A stretch of DNA of 64,000 nt from the human T2T-CHM13v2.0 reference genome, Homo sapiens, in NCBI RefSeq assembly GCF_009914755.1, contig NC_060925.1; one strand, 5' to 3'. The position numbers and the translations under genes are program-made. Each line of letters starts with the position of its first letter. The first letter of the stretch is position 1. Below are positions 59,201-64,000 of this stretch, piece after piece. The notes under the pieces were generated by a model. That model had not been told where the DNA came from, made no database searches, and saw only the letters and a program-made list of their open reading frames with translations.

Positions 59201-62200
59201 AACGGAATTATCGAATGGAATCGAAGATAATCACCGAATGGACCCGAATGGAATCATCTAATGGAATGGAATGGAATAATCCATGGACTCGAATGCAATC
59301 ATCATCGAATGGAATCGAATGGAATCATCGAATGGACTCGAATGGAATAATCATTGAACGGAATCGAATGGAATCATCATCGGATGGAAATGAATGGAAT
59401 CATCATCGAATGGAATCGAATAGAATTATGGAATGAAATCCAGTGTGATCATCATCGAATGGACCCGAATGGAATCATCATCCAACGGAAGCTAATGGAA
59501 TCAACATCGAATGAATCAAATGGAAACACCATCGAATTGAAACGAATGGAATTACCATGAAATTGAAATGGATGGACTCATCCTCAAATGGATTCGAGTG
59601 GAATCATCGAATAAAATTGATTGAAATCATCATCGAATGGAATCGAATGGTATCATTGAATGGAATCGAATGGAATCATCATCAGATGGAAATGAAAGGA
59701 ATCGTCATAGAATGGAATCGAATGGATTCATTGAATGGAATCAGATGGAATCATTGAATGGACTGGAATGGAATCATTGAATGGACTCGAAAGGGATCAT
59801 TATTGAATGGAATTGAATGGAATCATCGAATGGTCTCGATTGGAATCATTATCAAATGGAATCGAATGGAATCACCAAATAGAATCGAATGGAACAATCA
59901 TCGAATGGACTCAAATGGAATAATCCTCAAATGGAATTGAATGGAATTATCGAATGCAATCGAATGGAATTATCGAATGCAATCGAATAGAATCATCGAA
60001 TGGACTCGAATGGAATCATCGAATGGAATGGAATGGAACAGTCAATGAACTCGAATGGAATCATCATTGAATGGAATCGAATGGAATCATCGAGTGGAAT
60101 CGAATGTAATCATCATCAAATGGAATCAAAAATAACCATCATCAAATGGAATCAAAAATAACCATCATCAATTGGTATTGAATGGAATTCTCATCAAATG
60201 GAATTCAAAGGAATCATCATCAAATGGAACCGAATGGAATCCTCATTGAATGGAAATGAAAGGGGTCATCATCTAATGGAATCGCATGGAATCATCATCA
60301 AATGGAATCGAATGGAATCAACATCAAATGGAATCAAATGGAATCATTGAACGGAATTGAATGGAATCGTCATCGAATGAATTGAATGCAATCATCGAAT
60401 GGTCTCGAATGGAATCATCTTCAAATGGAATGGAATGGAATCATCGCATAGAATCGAATGGAATTTTCATCGAATGGAATCGAATGGAATCAACATCAAA
60501 CGGAAAAAAACGGAATTATCGAATGGAATCGAAGAGAATCACCGAAAGAACCCGAATGGAATCATCTAATGGAATGGAATGGAATAATCCATGGACTCGA
60601 ATGCAATCATCATCGAATGGAATCGAATGGAATCATCGAATGGACTCGAATGGAATAATCATTGAACGGAATCGAATGGAATCATCATCGGATGGAAATG
60701 AATGGAATCATCATCGAATGGAATCGAATAGAATTATGGAATGAAATCCAGTGTGATCATCATCGAATGGACCCGAATGGAATCATCATCCAACGGAAGC
60801 TAATGGAATCAACATCGAATGAATCAAATGGAAACACCATCGAATTGAAACGAATGGAATTACCATGAAATTGAAATGGATGGACTCATCCTCAAATGGA
60901 TTCGAGTGGAATCATCGAATAAAATTGATTGAAATCATCATCGAATGGAATCGAATGGTATCATTGAATGGAATCGAATGGAATCATCATCAGATGGAAA
61001 TGAAAGGAATCGTCATAGAATGGAATCGAATGGATTCATTGAATGGAATCAGATGGAATCATTGAATGGACTGGAATGGAATCATTGAATGGACTCGAAA
61101 GGGATCATTATTGAATGGAATTGAATGGAATCATCGAATGGTCTCGATTGGAATCATTATCAAATGGAATCGAATGGAATCACCGAATAGAATCGAATGG
61201 AACAATCATCGAATGGACTCAAATGGAATTATCCTCAAATGGAATTGAATGGAATTATCGAATGCAATCGAATGGAATTATCGAATGCAATCGAATAGAA
61301 TCATCGAATGGACTCGAATGGAATCATCGAATGGAATGGAATGGAACAGTCAATGAACTCGAATGGAATCATCATTGAATGGAATCGAATGGAATCATCG
61401 AGTGGAATCGAATGTAATCATCATCAAATGGAATCAAAAATAACCATCATCAAATGGAATCAAAAATAACCATCATCAATTGGTATTGAATGGAATTCTC
61501 ATCAAATGGAATTCAAAGGAATCATCATCAAATGGAACCGAATGGAATCCTCATTGAATGGAAATGAAAGGGGTCATCATCTAATGGAATCGCATGGAAT
61601 CATCATAAAATGGAATCGAATGGAATCAACATCAAATGGAATCAAATGGAATCATTGAACGGAATTGAATGGAATCGTCATCGAATGAATTGAATGCAAT
61701 CATCGAATGGTCTCGAATGGAATCATCTTCAAATGGAATGGAATGGAATCATCGCATAGAATCGAAAGGAATTATCATCGAATGGAATCGAATGGAATCA
61801 ACACCAAACGGAAAAAAACGGAATTATCGAATGGAATCGAAGAGAATCATCGAATGGACCCGAATGGAATCATCTAATGGAATGGAATGGAATAATCCAT
61901 GGACTCGAATGCAATCATCATCGAATGGAATCGAATGGAATCATCGAATGGACTCGAATGGAATAATCATTGAACGGAATCGAATGGAATCATCATCGGA
62001 TGGAAATGAATGGAATCATCATCGAATGGAATCGAATAGAATTATGGAATGAAATCCAGTGTGATCATCATCGAATGGACCCGAATGGAATCATCATCCA
62101 ACGGATGCTAATGGAATCAACATCGAATGAATCAAATGGAAACACCATCGAATTGAAACGAATGGAATTACCATGAAATTGAAATGGATGGACTCATCAT

Positions 62201-64000
62201 CGAATGGATTCGAAAGGAATCATCGAATAAAATTGATTGAAATCATCATCGAATGGAATCGAATGGTATCATTGAATGGAATCGAATGGAATCATCATCA
62301 GATGGAAATGAATGGAATCGTCATAGAATGGAATCGAATGGATTCATTGAATGGAATCAGATGGAATCATTGAATGGACTGGAATGGAATCATTGAATGG
62401 ACTCGAAAGGGATCATTATTGAATGGAATTGAATGGAATCATCGAATGGTCTCGATTGGAATCATTATCAAATGGAATCGAATGGAATCACCGAATAGAA
62501 TCGAATGGAACAATCATCGAATGGACTCAAATGGAATTATCCTCAAATGGAATTGAATGGAATTATCGAATGCAATCGAATGGAATTATCGAATGCAATC
62601 GAATAGAATCATCGAATGGACTCGAATGGAATCATCGAATGGAATGGAATGGAACAGTCAATGAACTCGAATGGAATCATCATTGAATGGAATCGAATGG
62701 AATCATCGAGTGGAATCGAATGTAATCATCATCAAATGGAATCAAAAATAACCATCATCAAATGGAATCAAAAATAACCATCATCAATTGGTATTGAATG
62801 GAATTCTCATCAAATGGAATTCAAAGGAATCATCATCAAATGGAACCGAATGGAATCCTCATTGAATGGAAATGAAAGGGGTCATCATCTAATGGAATCG
62901 CATGGAATCATCATCAAATGGAATCGAATGGAATCAACATCAAATGGAATCAAATGGAATCATTGAACGGAATTGAATGGAATCGTCATCGAATGAATTG
63001 AATGCAATCATCGAATGGTCTCGAATGGAATCATCTTCAAATGGAATGGAATGGAATCATCGCATAGAATCGAATGGAATTTTCATCGAATGGAATCGAA
63101 TGGAATCAACATCAAAAGGAAAAAAACGGAATTATCGAATGGAATCGAAGAGAATCACCGAATGGACCCGAATGGAATCATCTAATGGAATGGAATGGAA
63201 TAATCCATGGAATCGAATGCAATCATCATCGAATGGAATCGAATGGAATCATCGAATGGACTCGAATGGAATAATCATTGAACGGAATCGAATGGAATCA
63301 TCATCGGATGGAAATGAATGGAATCATCATCGAATGGAATCGAATAGAATTATGGAATGAAATCCAGTGTGATCATCATCGAATGGACCCGAATGGAATC
63401 ATCATCCAACGGAAGCTAATGGAATCAACATCGAATGAATCAAATGGAAACACCATCGAATTGAAACGAATGGAATTACCATGAAATTGAAATGGATGGA
63501 CTCATCCTCAAATGGATTCGAGTGGAATCATCGAATAAAATTGATTGAAATCATCATCGAATGGAATCGAATGGTATCATTGAATGGAATCGAATGGAAT
63601 CATCATCAGATGGAAATGAAAGGAATCGTCATAGAATGGAATCGAATGGATTCATTGAATGGAATCAGATGGAATCATTGAATGGACTGGAATGGAATCA
63701 TTGAATGGACTCGAAAGGGATCATTATTGAATGGAATTGAATGGAATCATCGAATGGTCTCGATTGGAATCATTATCAAATGGAATCGAATGGAATCACC
63801 GAATAGAATCGAATGGAACAATCATCGAATGGACTCAAATGGAATTATCCTCAAATGGAATTGAATGGAATTATCGAATGCAATCGAATGGAATTATCGA
63901 ATGCAATCGAATAGAATCATCGAATGGACTCGAATGGAATCATCGAATGGAATGGAATGGAACAGTCAATGAACTCGAATGGAATCATCATTGAATGGAA
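56277..64000 (+). repeat. Domain 3: homogeneous 1308-bp units (single module), continuing past the window end
   Basis: Module starts at 56437, 57745, 59053, 60361, 61669 and 62977, each 1308 apart; all share the duplicated CAAAAATAACC and GAATTCTC variants. Confidence 0.93.

Larger units (their letters stand above)
1..64000 (+). repeat. Human Satellite II (HSat2/HSATII) tandem array, GAATG-rich strand on +; probably chr1q12 pericentromeric heterochromatin (HSat2A2/pUC1.77-like)
   Basis: Continuous ATCGAATGGAATC / ATCATCGAATGG motifs with dense TCGA (TaqI) sites, 26-bp monomers such as CGAATGGAATCATCATCGAATGGAAA, a 1776-bp period and one GAATTC per unit. No unique sequence anywhere. The family call is secure; the chromosome assignment is less so. 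Confidence 0.97.

Noticed and set aside
419-63994. Hundreds of 60-163 aa + strand ORFs (MESSSNE..., MELSSNG..., MKLKWMD...)
   Set aside because: Low-complexity translations of GAATG-derived repeats (MEWN/GIIE/SSNG) that overlap in several frames, recur with the satellite period, gain and lose stops freely and show no recognisable domain.
1-64000. CRISPR-like or other repeat-spacer array
   Set aside because: There are no unique spacers: the sequence between motifs is itself the same diverged repeat and recurs in every unit. No cas-like ORFs are present.
1-64000. Assignment to Satellite III, alpha satellite or telomeric repeat
   Set aside because: Pure (GGAAT)n runs are only 2-3 copies and ATCATCGAATGG/TCGA motifs dominate, which indicates HSat2. 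There is no 171-bp period, no CENP-B box that I could see and no TTAGGG.

Overview
The whole 64 kb is one uninterrupted, single-orientation tandem satellite array. It is built from diverged GAATG/CATTC pentamers arranged in the 23/26-bp monomers (ATCGAATGGAATC, ATCATCGAATGG) typical of human Satellite II (HSat2/HSATII). A 1776-bp unit with one EcoRI site points to the large chromosome 1q12 pericentromeric array (pUC1.77/HSat2A2 type); that location is inferred from recalled family knowledge, not from a search. I see no genes, RNA genes, transposon insertions, inversions or CRISPR arrays, and the predicted ORFs are translation artefacts of the repeat. I found no new gene-based system. What is interesting is the internal architecture. 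The unit is modular: a 1308-bp core plus extra copies of a 468-bp module, giving 1308, 1776 and 2244 bp units. The window spans a transition from a 1776-bp domain (~1-37.6 kb), through a mixed domain with 7545-bp and 3552-bp super-repeats (~37.6-56.3 kb), to a pure 1308-bp domain with a 3924-bp trimer period (~56.3-64 kb). Deletions, nested deletions, a length-neutral 26-bp monomer swap and conversion tracts record how the array turns over. Unit lengths were derived by hand from ORF-track spacings and EcoRI anchors.
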